A stretch of DNA of 64,000 nucleotides from a bacterium (GCA_013360215.1 JABWCP010000015.1:1-64000), one strand, 5' to 3'. Shown: positions 39,025 to 50,188, numbered from the stretch's first letter. A program made the numbers and translations. The notes: a model not told the origin generated them from the sequence alone.

Positions 39025-39972
39025 CTATTTCACTTTTGAGTTGTAAGAATTAGTAAACCATTCAATTGTTTGTTTTAACCCAGCTTCAAAATTAACAGCC
39101 GGTTTGAAACCTAATTCTTTTTCAGCAGAAGAAATATCAGCAAATGAGTGTTTTATATCTCCAGCACGTTCGGGGTGATACAAAGGTGCTATATCCTTTC
39201 CCAAGATTTCATTAATGGCTTTTACTAATTGATTAAGTGTAGTTTGTTCATGGCACGCACAATTCACAGCAATCCCCGAAGGGCAATCAATAGTGGCCGC
39301 AAGTATATTAGCTTGTACAACATTTGCAACAAAAGTAAAATCTCTACTTTGATTGCCATCTCCATATATTAAAGGTTGTTTATCATTCACTATGGCAGCT
39401 ATGAAAATTGGAATCACAGCTGAATACTGTGAATCCGGATCTTGCTTGGGGCCAAATACATTGAAATAACGTAAGCAAACTGTTTCTAAACCATAAAGTT
39501 GCGAGAATACCTTACAATAGTACTCCCCCCCTAATTTCGATACTGCATACGGCGATAAAGGATTAACTTGTAAGCCTTCGTGTTTCGGTAACTCAGGATT
39601 ATCCCCATAAACAGAAGAAGACGATGCAAAAACAACTCTTTTCACTTTTGCTTCTTTTGCAGCATCAAGAATATTCAAGGTTCCTGCAACATTCACTTCA
39701 TTTGTCGTTATAGGATCTCTAATCGACCTCGGAACAGATGGCAAGGCTGCTTGATGCAAAACAACATCTATTTCACTAACAGCCTCACGTACGATATGGT
39801 AACTACGAATATCTCCTTCTATCAGTTCGATTTGTTCTAAAAAAGGCAATAAGTTACTCCTTTTGCCTGTAGAAAAATTATCAAGCACGCGCACAGAGTC
39901 ACCACGTTTTACCAATCCCTCTACAATATTGGAACCTATAAACCCGGCTCCTCCGGTAACTAAATACTTCAT
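39025..39972 (-). CDS. UDP-GlcNAc(A) 4-epimerase-like SDR (WbpP/TviC type)
   Basis: VTGGAGFIGS, HQAALPSVPRS, SSSSVYG, SPYAVSK, RYFNVFGP, YSAVIP. Confidence 0.88.
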   Translation of the reverse strand: MKYLVTGGAGFIGSNIVEGLVKRGDSVRVLDNFSTGKRSNLLPFLEQIELIEGDIRSYHIVREAVSEIDVVLHQAALPSVPRSIRDPITTNEVNVAGTLNILDAAKEAKVKRVVFASSSSVYGDNPELPKHEGLQVNPLSPYAVSKLGGEYYCKVFSQLYGLETVCLRYFNVFGPKQDPDSQYSAVIPIFIAAIVNDKQPLIYGDGNQSRDFTFVANVVQANILAATIDCPSGIAVNCACHEQTTLNQLVKAINEILGKDIAPLYHPERAGDIKHSFADISSAEKELGFKPAVNFEAGLKQTIEWFTNSYNSKVK

Positions 39973-40061
39973 AAATTCTTTTCTTAAAGTGTCATCAGCT
40001 CAAGAGCTATATCACAACCTGTTTTACAACTAAATTAATTACAATGAGTAAAACAAATATT

Positions 40062-41003
40062 TCAAACACCCAGTTTTTTTTGAAAATTCCTAAACCAGTC
40101 TATTGTTTTCCGGATACCTTCTTGTAAATCAACTTTGTGTTTCCAGCCCAACGAATGGATCTTTGAAACATCGAGAAGTTTTTGTGTTGTCCCGTCCGGT
40201 TTAGTGAGATCAAAATCCAACTTTCCAGTAAATCCAACTTCTTTTTTTATCATTTCTGCCAATTCAAGAATCGTAATATCTTCGCCAGTTCCAATATTTA
40301 GGATTTCATTGTCCTCATAATTCTCCATCAGATATACGCAGGCATCCGCTAAATCATCAACGTACAAAAATTCACGCCGAGGTTTACCTGATCCCCAAAG
40401 GGTTACAGTGTTTGTTTTATTTGACTGACCTTCAACAAATTTTCTGATCAATGCCGGCATTACATGTGAATTTTGCAGATCAAAATTATCGTTTGGACCA
40501 TATAGATTGGTCGGCATCACAGATATATATTTGGTGCCATATTGTCTATTATAAGATTTGATCAACTCAATTCCGGCAATCTTTGCAATGGCATACGGCT
40601 GGTTAGTTTGCTCCAACGACCCCGTAAGCAGATACTCTTCTTTTATCGGTCGTGCAGCATGTTTCGGATAGATACAAGAACTCCCTAGGAAACAAAGCTT
40701 TTTAACATTGGTAGTATATGAAGAGTGAATGATGTTGTTTTGAATAACTAAATTTTGATAGATAAATTCAGCGGGATAGGAATTATTGGCCTGTATACCA
40801 CCAACTTTAGCAGCAGCAACGAATACATATTCAGGCTTTTCTGCTTCAAAAAAAGCTCTAACATTTTGTTGATGCCCAAGATCAAGTTCTGCGCGCGTGC
40901 GAAACAATAAGTTCATAAACCCTTGCCTACCCAATGTGCGAAGAATAGCTGAACCTACCAAACCTTCGTGCCCCGCTATATATATCTTTGAATCTTTTTG
41001 CAA
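40062..41003 (-). CDS. fcl: GDP-L-fucose synthase
   Basis: [51 protein letters not shown] start. Confidence 0.96.
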   Translation of the reverse strand: MQKDSKIYIAGHEGLVGSAILRTLGRQGFMNLLFRTRAELDLGHQQNVRAFFEAEKPEYVFVAAAKVGGIQANNSYPAEFIYQNLVIQNNIIHSSYTTNVKKLCFLGSSCIYPKHAARPIKEEYLLTGSLEQTNQPYAIAKIAGIELIKSYNRQYGTKYISVMPTNLYGPNDNFDLQNSHVMPALIRKFVEGQSNKTNTVTLWGSGKPRREFLYVDDLADACVYLMENYEDNEILNIGTGEDITILELAEMIKKEVGFTGKLDFDLTKPDGTTQKLLDVSKIHSLGWKHKVDLQEGIRKTIDWFRNFQKKLGV

Positions 41004-41004
41004 T

Positions 41005-42054
41005 TTAAAGTCCCCGTTTTTTCACAAGTTCATAATCTGACTTGACCATTAATCGTGCAAGATCATGAAATTTTGTTCCGGCCTCCCAATTCAGTTTTTG
41101 TTTAGCCTTTATTGGATTTCCAACTAAAATATCAACTTCGGTTGGTCGAAAATATTTCACATCCACTTCTACTATATTTTTATCATTCCAATAAGCTTTT
41201 TCATTGATACCTTGACCATCCCAAATCAAATTCATTCCAAGTTCATTAAAGGCAACATCAACAAACTCCCTCACTTTGTGGGTCTCGCCAGTCGCCAAAA
41301 CAAACTCCTCTGCAACATCTCGTTGAAGCATACGCCACATCCCCTCAACATATTCCGGAGCATAGCCCCAATCTCGTTGCGCATCTAAATTCCCTAAAAC
41401 AAGTTTATCCTGTAAACCAAGCTTAATTCTTGCTGCAGCCATAGTAATCTTACGGGAAACAAAAGTCTCTCCGCGCCGTGGCGATTCGTGATTAAACAAA
41501 ATACCGTTGCATGCAAAAATGTTGTATGCTTCACGATAATTAATAACTATCCAATAGCCATAAATTTTAGAGACACCATATGGACTTCTGGGATAAAACG
41601 GAGTATTTTCATCTTGAGGAATTTCAATTACTTTCCCATAAAGTTCGCTTGTGGATGCTTGATAGAACTTAGTCTCGATTCCAGTTTCACGAATAGCATC
41701 AAGAAAACGTAGTGTTCCAATGGCATCTACCTCGGAAGTATATTCCGGAACCTCGAATGAGACTTTTACGTGGCTCTGAGCTGCAAGATTATATATCTCA
41801 TTTGGTTGAATTTTTTCCAAAAGCCTGTTGATGTTACTGGTATCTGTAACGTCGCCGTAGTGGAGAAAGAATCGTTTTCCAATAAGGTTTGAATCATTAT
41901 ATAGATGATCAATCCTTCCGGTGTTGAATGAACTGCTGCGACGAATAACACCATGAACATTATACCCTTTTTTCAAAAGGAGTTCAGCTAAATATGAGCC
42001 GTCTTGCCCGGTAACACCTGTAATTAACGCTGTTTTTACTTTGCTATGCTTCAC
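41005..42054 (-). CDS. gmd: GDP-mannose 4,6-dehydratase
   Basis: [54 protein letters not shown]. Confidence 0.97.
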   Translation of the reverse strand: MKHSKVKTALITGVTGQDGSYLAELLLKKGYNVHGVIRRSSSFNTGRIDHLYNDSNLIGKRFFLHYGDVTDTSNINRLLEKIQPNEIYNLAAQSHVKVSFEVPEYTSEVDAIGTLRFLDAIRETGIETKFYQASTSELYGKVIEIPQDENTPFYPRSPYGVSKIYGYWIVINYREAYNIFACNGILFNHESPRRGETFVSRKITMAAARIKLGLQDKLVLGNLDAQRDWGYAPEYVEGMWRMLQRDVAEEFVLATGETHKVREFVDVAFNELGMNLIWDGQGINEKAYWNDKNIVEVDVKYFRPTEVDILVGNPIKAKQKLNWEAGTKFHDLARLMVKSDYELVKKRGL

Positions 42055-42117
42055 AAAAACTCTCTTTAATCTTTTCAGGTTAATCCCATTTCGAAGTCAT
42101 CTACCTTTATACATAAA

Positions 42118-43347
42118 CTATTTAAACTTTCTTTGTGTAAATAACCCAAGAATCAATTGAAACTGCTTATTGTCGATCAGAGATTTCCACATGTATTCTT
42201 TGAAATAAAGTAAAAACAAGACTACAACTCCCGCTATCAATCCCGACACTAATGTAATTATTTTTTTTCTTGGTTTAAATGAATAATCCGCAGGCATTGC
42301 TTTGTCTAGCACCAATAGGGTTGGAGTATCTTTAGCCTCCTGAATTTTAGCTTGCTCAAACTGCGGAATCAAAAATTCCAATATTTTTCCATTAATTTGA
42401 ACATCACGATACAATCTTAGATATCTCAATGCCAGATCGGGTGTTTCTTTAAATGGGATAAATATCCCCAAATCAACTCCCCCCCGATCTAATTGTTTTT
42501 GCGTCTTTCGCAACTCTTCCATCTGTGACTCTAAAATCATCAAATTTGGGTGATTTTTCCCTAAAGTTTTTTTCTTGATATTATAATCAATTTCAGTCGA
42601 TACCATCTCAGCTTGAAGCTTAGCAGCTGCTTCTATTCCGGCTTTGGTTTGTTCCGGAATCGAAATCACTCCAAATTTTTTTTGAAAAAAATTCAACGAA
42701 TCTTCTGAAATTTGCAGATCCTTCTTAGCTTGTTGGTATCGATTTTCGATAAATTGCCTAGTAAATCTTGCTTGTTCCGTTGCCAGTTCCCGATTTATCT
42801 CATCCAATTTTAAAACAATATAATTTGCAATATCGGCCGTTTTTTGAGGGTCGTTGAAATAACGAAAAGTGATATTTATTGTGCCTAGTTTTTTATCCGC
42901 TTCGGCATTTATATCTTTTTCTAAAACCTTAAGCATGTCATCCATTTTTTCAATCTTATACGCATTCAGCAGATCATACTTACCAATTAAATCTTCGCGT
43001 AACCTCCTACTGTTTAGAATTGCCATATATCGAGAAACATTTGTCACTCCGCCGCCTAATATGCTTACTCCAATGCCGCTAAGGCTACCTCCGCTTGATG
43101 ATAGGGCGTCTAATGCAGAACCTGTTTTCTCCGGTAAAAGAACGACGGCGGTTGATTCGTACCATTTATCTGACAACAAACTCAATCCAGCTGTTATTAC
43201 CATTACAGTAAACACAGTAGTTATGATTAGGGTCTTCCATTTAACAAAAACGTAGAGTATCCATACTATTTGAAACACAGGCTTTGTATCACCATTATCG
43301 GCTTCCCTTTCAAAACCACCAATTATGCTATCTTTCTCATTAGTCAT
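42118..43347 (-). CDS. wzz: Wzz/GumC-type polysaccharide co-polymerase (no kinase domain)
   Basis: N- and C-terminal TMs, periplasmic coiled coil, VLDKAMP...KPRK. Likely start ATG 43347 (ORF track gives TTG 43401). Confidence 0.85.
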   Translation of the reverse strand: MTNEKDSIIGGFEREADNGDTKPVFQIVWILYVFVKWKTLIITTVFTVMVITAGLSLLSDKWYESTAVVLLPEKTGSALDALSSSGGSLSGIGVSILGGGVTNVSRYMAILNSRRLREDLIGKYDLLNAYKIEKMDDMLKVLEKDINAEADKKLGTINITFRYFNDPQKTADIANYIVLKLDEINRELATEQARFTRQFIENRYQQAKKDLQISEDSLNFFQKKFGVISIPEQTKAGIEAAAKLQAEMVSTEIDYNIKKKTLGKNHPNLMILESQMEELRKTQKQLDRGGVDLGIFIPFKETPDLALRYLRLYRDVQINGKILEFLIPQFEQAKIQEAKDTPTLLVLDKAMPADYSFKPRKKIITLVSGLIAGVVVLFLLYFKEYMWKSLIDNKQFQLILGLFTQRKFK

Positions 43348-43401
43348 ATTACGAAAAGATTCTAAAATAATATTATTTGTATAGCGTGTATTATCACTCA
43401 A

Positions 43402-44135
43402 ATAGTTTTTGACGTAATAAACATCGTATTACATCTTGCCAAAAGTGTGGCAAGTTTACAAAAATTCTATCTCACAAACAATGTTTTTCAAGTTTGCTAA
43501 AAATTAAAAATCATCTAATATTTAGAGATATTCGACGTCGTTTTATGGCTTCTTGAACAGACCATTTTCTATATCTTTTATGATCATATTTCTCAGTAAT
43601 TCTAAACTTACCTTTACGATATTAATTGCGAATTTAAGCTACAATATTTTCGACTGAGTTCTCGTGCTAGAGTAAAAACAAACAGAGATAACAGAAATTT
43701 CTGAATATCTTAGCGATTTGAAAGTCACTTACGCTTTTAAAAATAGAATTTCAGTCGATTGCTTTTGGCTACGGTTAGTCATTTGTTATAGTATGGGCGT
43801 TAAAATTTTCAACACGTTTTGATTCATTTAGTATATAAGTAGAATAATCGTCCTTTAGCATTTATGCGTTTTCATATATTATAGTAATTTGATTTTAACT
43901 GTAGGATACACCGTTGCATTTCAACGATCCAGATTGATACGCAAGATACAACGTCTCTTAATCTTAAAAATCACAGTAATACCTTCATGCAAATCTATTT
44001 GGTTAGTAGAATTGAAATTTTGCCGTTTCACGAATGATAGAGATGACAGTGTAAGCACCTATAACAAGTAGATTTACTTTGAATAGCTTAATCGTTTAAG
44101 ATAGCAATTAAAATCACGACTATTTCAACTAGATT
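43402..44135. promoter_or_regulatory. Long AT-rich non-coding region at the head of the low-GC cassette (probable promoter region)
   Basis: About 730 bp without a credible ORF; 7-bp inverted repeat CTTGCCA/TGGCAAG at 43435-43454. Confidence 0.45.
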
Positions 44136-46001
44136 TCACAGTAAATTTCTCACCCACTTTCCAAACACAATCCCCCGCCAATATCGCCCGTCGTAAGCCT
44201 TTTTACCGGCAATCATGGCATCAAAATCATCCCTTAGCGAAGATCGTATTACCCCCCCCGAACGCTCAATCGAAGAACTCAGTTGCTTGCGAAATGCATC
44301 CGGGTGTGTACGAACCCAATGCTCTTCCGGCGTTACAAAACCCATCTTGTCACGACGTTGAATGATACCGTCCGGCACGTAACCTCTCATACTGTCACGC
44401 AATACACGTTTGGTCGTTGCATCCGAAATTTTATGATCGGATGGCAACGATAAGGTAAATTCCACCAACCGATAATCCAAAAAGGGAACCCGCGCTTCGA
44501 TAGAATGCGCCATCGAATTACGATCCTCCCAATGCAATAGCATCGGTAAATTGGTACGTGTCAATTGAACGCGAAGCGCTGTATTTACATCCGGTTTAAA
44601 TTCTCCATATTGTTGCCGCCAATGTATTGAACGTGCTCCGAGTTTTTCCATGTCAAACCAATCATTGGACGATTGGCTATCCGACGGCATGAACGGCATC
44701 CATGCGTTAGGTATAAGCGCTCCTATCAATCGCCGTAAGACAGCACCGCGGTTGACATGACCTTCGCGGATAGTTTTTTGTATTTCACGAACTAACCGAA
44801 TCCAGCGCCCGCGTACCATGAGCTCCGCTAAACGCGTCCCATAAAACGGATAGTAACCGGCCAACTGCTCATCCGAACCCTGACCGTCCAGCATCACCGT
44901 TACACCGCCGGATTTGGCCAATCGAAAAACATGCCATTGCGCGTAGATACTCGCTGAACCAAACGGTTCGTCCTGATGCCAGAGCAAGGTATCCAACGTA
45001 TCAAACAGCGTTTCAAAATCCGGATAAACATGATGCGCTTCGACACGAATGGCACGAATCACTTCTTCCGCATAACGGCTTTCATCGTAAGCCTTCTCCC
45101 GCGCATACGCTGAAAAAGTTTTTTGTAATACTGTCGTACTCTGCGTGGATAGCATGTCATGCAACAAACAAACAATCGAGGACGAATCCAATCCGCCGGA
45201 GAGACACGAGCCTACCGGCACATCGGAGCGCAACCGCAAACGTACCGCATCCGTAAAAATATTTAAAAACTGTTTTGTCGCATCCTCATACGTACCGTCA
45301 AACTGTGTATCCGGAAACGAATACCAACGACGTTTTTCCAATCGTACGTTTTGCCCCTCGTACGTGATCTCCGCGCACTCTCCTCCGCGAAGCTGCAAAA
45401 CCCCGTCGTACATGGTTTCATCTGTATGATCAGAAATCGCATAACCCAAAAAATCGGCTACGCGTTGTCCATTCATCGAATATCGCCACCCCGGCAAAAC
45501 GGAGAACTGCTTGATTTCGCTGGCGAATGCAAATCCTCCATCCGTTGTTTGATAATAATACAGGGGCTTAACACCAAAACGATCCCGCGCAGCAAAAGTA
45601 CGTTTGGTCAGCGTATCATAAAGAACAAACGCCCACATACCATTGAAACGATGAAGGCATTCCGTTCCCCAATAATCGTACGCCGCAAGGACCACTTCCG
45701 TATCCGTTTTGGATGCAAACACATATCCTACCGCCTCCAGCTCACGACGCAATTCGATGTAATTATATACTTCCCCGTTATACGTGATCCAATAACGTTC
45801 ATTTTTATAACTCATCGGCTCACGGCCTGCGTTGCTGAGATCTATGATAGCAAGACGACGTTGGCCGAGCCACACACGATTCCCATCAAAACCATTATGC
45901 CCGTCACCGTCCGGTCCGCGATATGAAACAATATCGGTCATACGCTGAATCAGCGCACCGTCCGTCGGCTTCGTATTGATAAGCGCCGCTATTCCGCACA
46001 T
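44136..46001 (-). CDS. asnB: Second asparagine synthase-like amidotransferase (WbpS-like, probably glycan amidation)
   Basis: MCGI, RGPDG, YNGEVYN, SGGLDSS, DGQGSDE, LLHWEDRNSMAHSIEARVPFLD. Confidence 0.93.
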   Translation of the reverse strand: MCGIAALINTKPTDGALIQRMTDIVSYRGPDGDGHNGFDGNRVWLGQRRLAIIDLSNAGREPMSYKNERYWITYNGEVYNYIELRRELEAVGYVFASKTDTEVVLAAYDYWGTECLHRFNGMWAFVLYDTLTKRTFAARDRFGVKPLYYYQTTDGGFAFASEIKQFSVLPGWRYSMNGQRVADFLGYAISDHTDETMYDGVLQLRGGECAEITYEGQNVRLEKRRWYSFPDTQFDGTYEDATKQFLNIFTDAVRLRLRSDVPVGSCLSGGLDSSSIVCLLHDMLSTQSTTVLQKTFSAYAREKAYDESRYAEEVIRAIRVEAHHVYPDFETLFDTLDTLLWHQDEPFGSASIYAQWHVFRLAKSGGVTVMLDGQGSDEQLAGYYPFYGTRLAELMVRGRWIRLVREIQKTIREGHVNRGAVLRRLIGALIPNAWMPFMPSDSQSSNDWFDMEKLGARSIHWRQQYGEFKPDVNTALRVQLTRTNLPMLLHWEDRNSMAHSIEARVPFLDYRLVEFTLSLPSDHKISDATTKRVLRDSMRGYVPDGIIQRRDKMGFVTPEEHWVRTHPDAFRKQLSSSIERSGGVIRSSLRDDFDAMIAGKKAYDGRYWRGIVFGKWVRNLL

Positions 46002-46025
46002 CGCTGAAAATACTCCGTTTTGTGA

Positions 46026-47147
46026 TTAACTTGCTTCTGGCTGGACGTCACGATCATAACTTCGCGGCACTCCTTTTTCGTTTTCCGCGGCATGCGCGCG
46101 TTCGTGAATTGCTTTTTTCGCCAATATATCACGTTTGACGTGCGACCACTGCCGGGGTTTGAGCATCACAAATACAACACTGTACAATACTCGTTTAACC
46201 GAAGCCGGCAACTCGATCAAGACAAAAAACATCACTAATGCCAATCCGTTACACATAGAGATTGTTCGCAAATGACGCCGCGCATTTTCACGCAAAAGAC
46301 GGATCTGGCGGGGACTGTCAAAAAACGCAGTATATAGCATGATATTTTTTAAATAAAAAAAAAGCCGCCGGGTCCAAAATAAATGTCGGCAAACAGCACG
46401 AAAAAATGACGTCCCTAATTCAGGCTTTAAAATCAATGCGACGTGCTGCAATGAACGAATCCCTGTTTCCCACAGATACCACCCGGAATATAACGTATTC
46501 TCGGTATGGTTGGGCGAATACGAACTGATCAACGGCAACGAAAGAAACGGTTTGGATAAATTACCGCTTTTCATGGCTAAAAAAGCAATATGCGTTTGCG
46601 GCCAATACGACTGTGCGATCAATGCATCATCACCCGGTTTTAACCCCTGCCGAGCATGTTCGGTGCGAATCGCAAAAACACCGGCATTACCCATATAATA
46701 AAAATAGTGCTCGGCGGCCGATTCCAACGTCATAAGGCTTTCGTGCCCTATGAGTTTCCATTGATCAAACATCACTACAGAAAAATCTTCCCGCGTTGTC
46801 AGATGATGCATGATTTCAGGAAGCATATCTTCAGCCAGAATATCGTCATCACCAAATGCCATCCAAAACTGTCCACGGCTTTGATGAAACGTTTGTATCA
46901 TATTTCGGATGGCACCGATATTTTCCGAATTGCGTACATAACGAATCGCTACATTTGTTTGTGCGCTCATCGCCTTTACGACAACACCGGTATCATCCGT
47001 AGAACAATTATCCGAAACGATAATTTCGACGGACTGGGTAAAATCAAATTTTTCGGCTTGATGTATAATACTCTCAAGCAGTGCTTTCAGAAATCCGGAG
47101 CGATTCCATGTCGGTACACCGATAGAGAGAATTATATTATTTTTCAT
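46026..47147 (-). CDS. Glycosyltransferase family 2
   Basis: LSIGVPTWNR, VSDNCSTD, ENIG, GDDD; start ATG 47147 overlaps the wzx stop. Confidence 0.88.
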   Translation of the reverse strand: MKNNIILSIGVPTWNRSGFLKALLESIIHQAEKFDFTQSVEIIVSDNCSTDDTGVVVKAMSAQTNVAIRYVRNSENIGAIRNMIQTFHQSRGQFWMAFGDDDILAEDMLPEIMHHLTTREDFSVVMFDQWKLIGHESLMTLESAAEHYFYYMGNAGVFAIRTEHARQGLKPGDDALIAQSYWPQTHIAFLAMKSGNLSKPFLSLPLISSYSPNHTENTLYSGWYLWETGIRSLQHVALILKPELGTSFFRAVCRHLFWTRRLFFYLKNIMLYTAFFDSPRQIRLLRENARRHLRTISMCNGLALVMFFVLIELPASVKRVLYSVVFVMLKPRQWSHVKRDILAKKAIHERAHAAENEKGVPRSYDRDVQPEAS

Positions 47148-48457
47148 TATGCACGTATCCTTACCGAACGAACAACCCAAATCAAAAAAACAATCAACAT
47201 CATCGCTTCACCGATGCTGTATAAGATTACGGCGGTATAAGCCGAGCCGGAGGTCACACCGATACCGATCATGGCCGCACGTATCGCAAAACTTAGAAGT
47301 GAAATAACAAAATGCGTACGCTGCTTGCGAATCACCGACGAAATCATGCTTACGGGTGACGCGACAAGGTTTACTGCAATCGCTATCACAAGGTACCGGG
47401 CGTATTCGCCGGCATCCCTCCACGCGGCACCAAAAATCCATTCGAATAACCAAGGACCGGCGGTCACAATGATAATCAAAAACGGGAGCGAAAAAAAGGA
47501 CAGAAACTTAATGTTATTGATCACAAACGAACGCAAAAGTGCCGCATCCTCACTTAGTTTGGCTGACATTTCATAAAAAACTTGTGCCACACCTTGTCCA
47601 ATCACCGTACTGGGCAAACGAAGCACATTGGTTGCCAACGCAAAACAGGCCGCATCATGAGGACTGAACGATGCCGTGAATATCAATAAAGGTAATGACG
47701 CCGTCAGTTGATCAAGAAACGTCATCAGCAAACCATACGTCGGAAACTGTTTGAATCGTTTTAGCAAATTTCGAATTTCCATCCGATCAATAGCAAGATG
47801 ACGTATAGGCTTTCCTTCGTGCCGCAATCCAAAAAAAATCGTGATGTATAATGTGATGGCCGCCGATATATGCCCCAATACCAAACCCGTGATCGTCGAA
47901 CCTTGCCACGAATACATTGACAGCATGACAATAAACGCCAACAGCGGCGGCAAAGCTCGCGAGAAACTCAATACCTTATACGCTGCATGACGATTGGCCC
48001 AGCTCGCGAGAAGGATATTACCCGCGCCTAAAACAATCCACACCGGCAACCAAAAATATAACGGCCCGCCTTTGGGAAAAAACCCCAAATCCAACGCCAA
48101 ACCAAAAAACACCAGCGCACTGATAGCGATCACTATCGCGAAACCCAAAATCAGTTGCCCACAAAATTGAATGATCTTTGCAGCCTGTTCATCGGAGTCC
48201 GCCAAGACGATTGCCGAGTCCATACGGAGCATGATCGTGGAAGACGCAATCATCACCATAGCATTGAGTGTTGCGGCGATCCCGTAATCCGCTGAATCAT
48301 AAAGCCGTGTTACGATTGGCAATAAAAGAACAGCGATTGCCTGGCCGATGATCGTTCCAATAGACAATCGGGACACATTTTTGAGGTAACCACTTTGTTT
48401 AATGCGCTCCGTCAATTGGCGCAGCGTCATAGGAATGGATGATGGAGGAGCGGACAT
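47147..48457 (-). CDS. wzx: Wzx-type polysaccharide flippase
   Basis: GTIIGQAI...PIVTRLY...YG, KQFP, IGQGVAQVFY and IFGAAW; about 12 TMs; likely start ATG 48457. Confidence 0.87.
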   Translation of the reverse strand: MSAPPSSIPMTLRQLTERIKQSGYLKNVSRLSIGTIIGQAIAVLLLPIVTRLYDSADYGIAATLNAMVMIASSTIMLRMDSAIVLADSDEQAAKIIQFCGQLILGFAIVIAISALVFFGLALDLGFFPKGGPLYFWLPVWIVLGAGNILLASWANRHAAYKVLSFSRALPPLLAFIVMLSMYSWQGSTITGLVLGHISAAITLYITIFFGLRHEGKPIRHLAIDRMEIRNLLKRFKQFPTYGLLMTFLDQLTASLPLLIFTASFSPHDAACFALATNVLRLPSTVIGQGVAQVFYEMSAKLSEDAALLRSFVINNIKFLSFFSLPFLIIIVTAGPWLFEWIFGAAWRDAGEYARYLVIAIAVNLVASPVSMISSVIRKQRTHFVISLLSFAIRAAMIGIGVTSGSAYTAVILYSIGEAMMLIVFLIWVVRSVRIRA

Positions 48458-48467
48458 GATAATTGCG

Positions 48468-49370
48468 TTATATGTATTCCGACAATACGAGTCCGCAGGA
48501 TTGTCGGAGATAATCTTGCGATCCGGCGATTTGTATAAACTGATCGGGAATTGCAATGCGATGTACAAACGGTATCGGCATGGACTTTTTCTTTTCACGG
48601 CAATCATGCAAAGCTTCGAGTACGGCCGAACCTAAACCGGCACTACGCTGATGTTCTTCGAGCGTTATGATTCGTTCGTACGAGTGTGCCAACAGCTCAA
48701 TAGTCGTGTTGTCAATGGGTTTGATATACGGCACACTATACAAACCCCAAAGCAAATTATTATGACGAATAAAATCCGACGCGTAACGAAGCATGGCACC
48801 TGTTGTTAACACGACTGTATTTTTTCCGTGGCAAACAGGAATCATTTTACCGGCTGCGAATACGATATTTCCGGGATGTACAGCCGGTTCGCCGGCTTTT
48901 CCAAGTCGAATATACATCGGTGCATCGGTTTGAACGGCATGGGTCGTGATGAGGCGGGCTTCCTGAGGATCACCCGGCGCCGTAACAATCATGCCCGGAA
49001 GCGTACGTAAAATTCCTAAATCTTCCGTTCCATGATGTGAAGCCCCAAGCGCACCGTATGCAAATCCGCCACCGACCGATACGATTTTTACGCCAAGCGC
49101 ATGGTAACAAATATCGTAGCGTATCTGCTCCAAGCATCGCAACGTGGGAAAATTACCAATCGAATAAATGAACGGAATATATCCTTCTTTGGCCAAACCT
49201 GCGGCAATACCGGCCATATTTTGTTCGGCCACACCGATATTGAGAAACCGATCAGGAAACGACTCGGCAAACGGCTCAACCACCGAATAGCCAAGATCAC
49301 CTACCAGCAAAAAGACGCGCTCATCACGTTTTGCTTCGCTCATCAGTTGCTGAATAAAGGCCGTACGCAT
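48468..49370 (-). CDS. Transketolase-like, C-terminal (pyrimidine-binding) subunit
   Basis: GDLG, NIGVAEQNM, EQIRYD, GASHH, YIRLG, EEH...GLGSAV. Confidence 0.92.
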   Translation of the reverse strand: MRTAFIQQLMSEAKRDERVFLLVGDLGYSVVEPFAESFPDRFLNIGVAEQNMAGIAAGLAKEGYIPFIYSIGNFPTLRCLEQIRYDICYHALGVKIVSVGGGFAYGALGASHHGTEDLGILRTLPGMIVTAPGDPQEARLITTHAVQTDAPMYIRLGKAGEPAVHPGNIVFAAGKMIPVCHGKNTVVLTTGAMLRYASDFIRHNNLLWGLYSVPYIKPIDNTTIELLAHSYERIITLEEHQRSAGLGSAVLEALHDCREKKKSMPIPFVHRIAIPDQFIQIAGSQDYLRQSCGLVLSEYI

Positions 49371-50188
49371 TACGAATGCTCCAGTTGTTCCAGCGCATTA
49401 CGGAATTGTTCAGCGTCAGGTGTACGATAGTGCCAAAGCAATTTTTCTTCCATAAAATCAACACCCTTGCCTTTGACTGTCTCAGCAATAATGATATGCG
49501 GCTTATCATCTGTTTTTTTCGTTATCGCCGCCGATAACGCAGCATGATCATGACCATCCGTTACGGTCACATACCATCCAAAGGATTTGAACTTTTCCGA
49601 CAAAGGCCCCAAGTCAAGTACTTCATTCACATGACCAAGGCTTTGTATTTTATTATGATCTACGATCACCACCATGTTATTCAGATGATGGTGCGGTGCA
49701 AACAGCAACGCTTCCCAATTGGATCCTTCATCCAACTCTCCGTCGCTAAGGAGCGCAAAAATACGCCACGCTTGCCCGCGTCGTTTGGCAGCCAACGCCA
49801 GCCCGCAGCCAAACGATAACGCGTGTCCCAAACTCCCCGTGGACAATTCTACGCCCGGGATGTGGTGATTGGCATGCGAAGTAAAAAAACTTCCATTTTG
49901 CGCAAAGGAAGTAAGTTGTGACATGTCAAAAAAACCGCGCAACGCAAGCGCTGCATATAAAGCAGAGCACGCGTGCCCTTTACTGAGAAGAAAACGATCC
50001 CGGTCAGGCCACCGCGGGTTTTTGGGATTGACATTCATCACGCCGCCGTATAAAACAGCTAAAATATCCGCCATAGAAAAAGCGCCGCCAAGGTGCGACG
50101 AATTCGAAGCATGAACCATTTTTAACGCTTCAATCCGAATCGCTTTGCTGAATGCTTTTACTTCATCCGTGGTCACGATTTCACCCAA
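49370..50188 (-). CDS. Transketolase-like, N-terminal ThDP-binding subunit
   Basis: SHLGGAFS, DRFLLSKGHA, STGSLGH, SDGELDEGSNWEA, DGHD, TVKGKG, WHY. Confidence 0.92.
   Translation of the reverse strand: MGEIVTTDEVKAFSKAIRIEALKMVHASNSSHLGGAFSMADILAVLYGGVMNVNPKNPRWPDRDRFLLSKGHACSALYAALALRGFFDMSQLTSFAQNGSFFTSHANHHIPGVELSTGSLGHALSFGCGLALAAKRRGQAWRIFALLSDGELDEGSNWEALLFAPHHHLNNMVVIVDHNKIQSLGHVNEVLDLGPLSEKFKSFGWYVTVTDGHDHAALSAAITKKTDDKPHIIIAETVKGKGVDFMEEKLLWHYRTPDAEQFRNALEQLEHS

Larger units (their letters stand above)
17050..44135. other. Low-GC, probably horizontally acquired glycan-biosynthesis cassette
   Basis: Spot counts of 60-nt lines give about 23-35% GC inside versus about 52-53% in valS and the right-hand asnB; sharp transition at about 44135. 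Confidence 0.75.

Noticed and set aside
43889-44071. 60-aa plus-strand ORF in the AT-rich spacer
   Set aside because: TTG start, no recognisable RBS or motif; consistent with chance.
17050-44135. Prophage, ICE or transposon explanation for the low-GC block
   Set aside because: No integrase, transposase, tRNA target, phage gene or flanking direct repeat was seen.
48468-50188. Frameshifted transketolase pseudogene
   Set aside because: The clean TAATG stop/start coupling at the domain boundary matches naturally split two-subunit transketolases.
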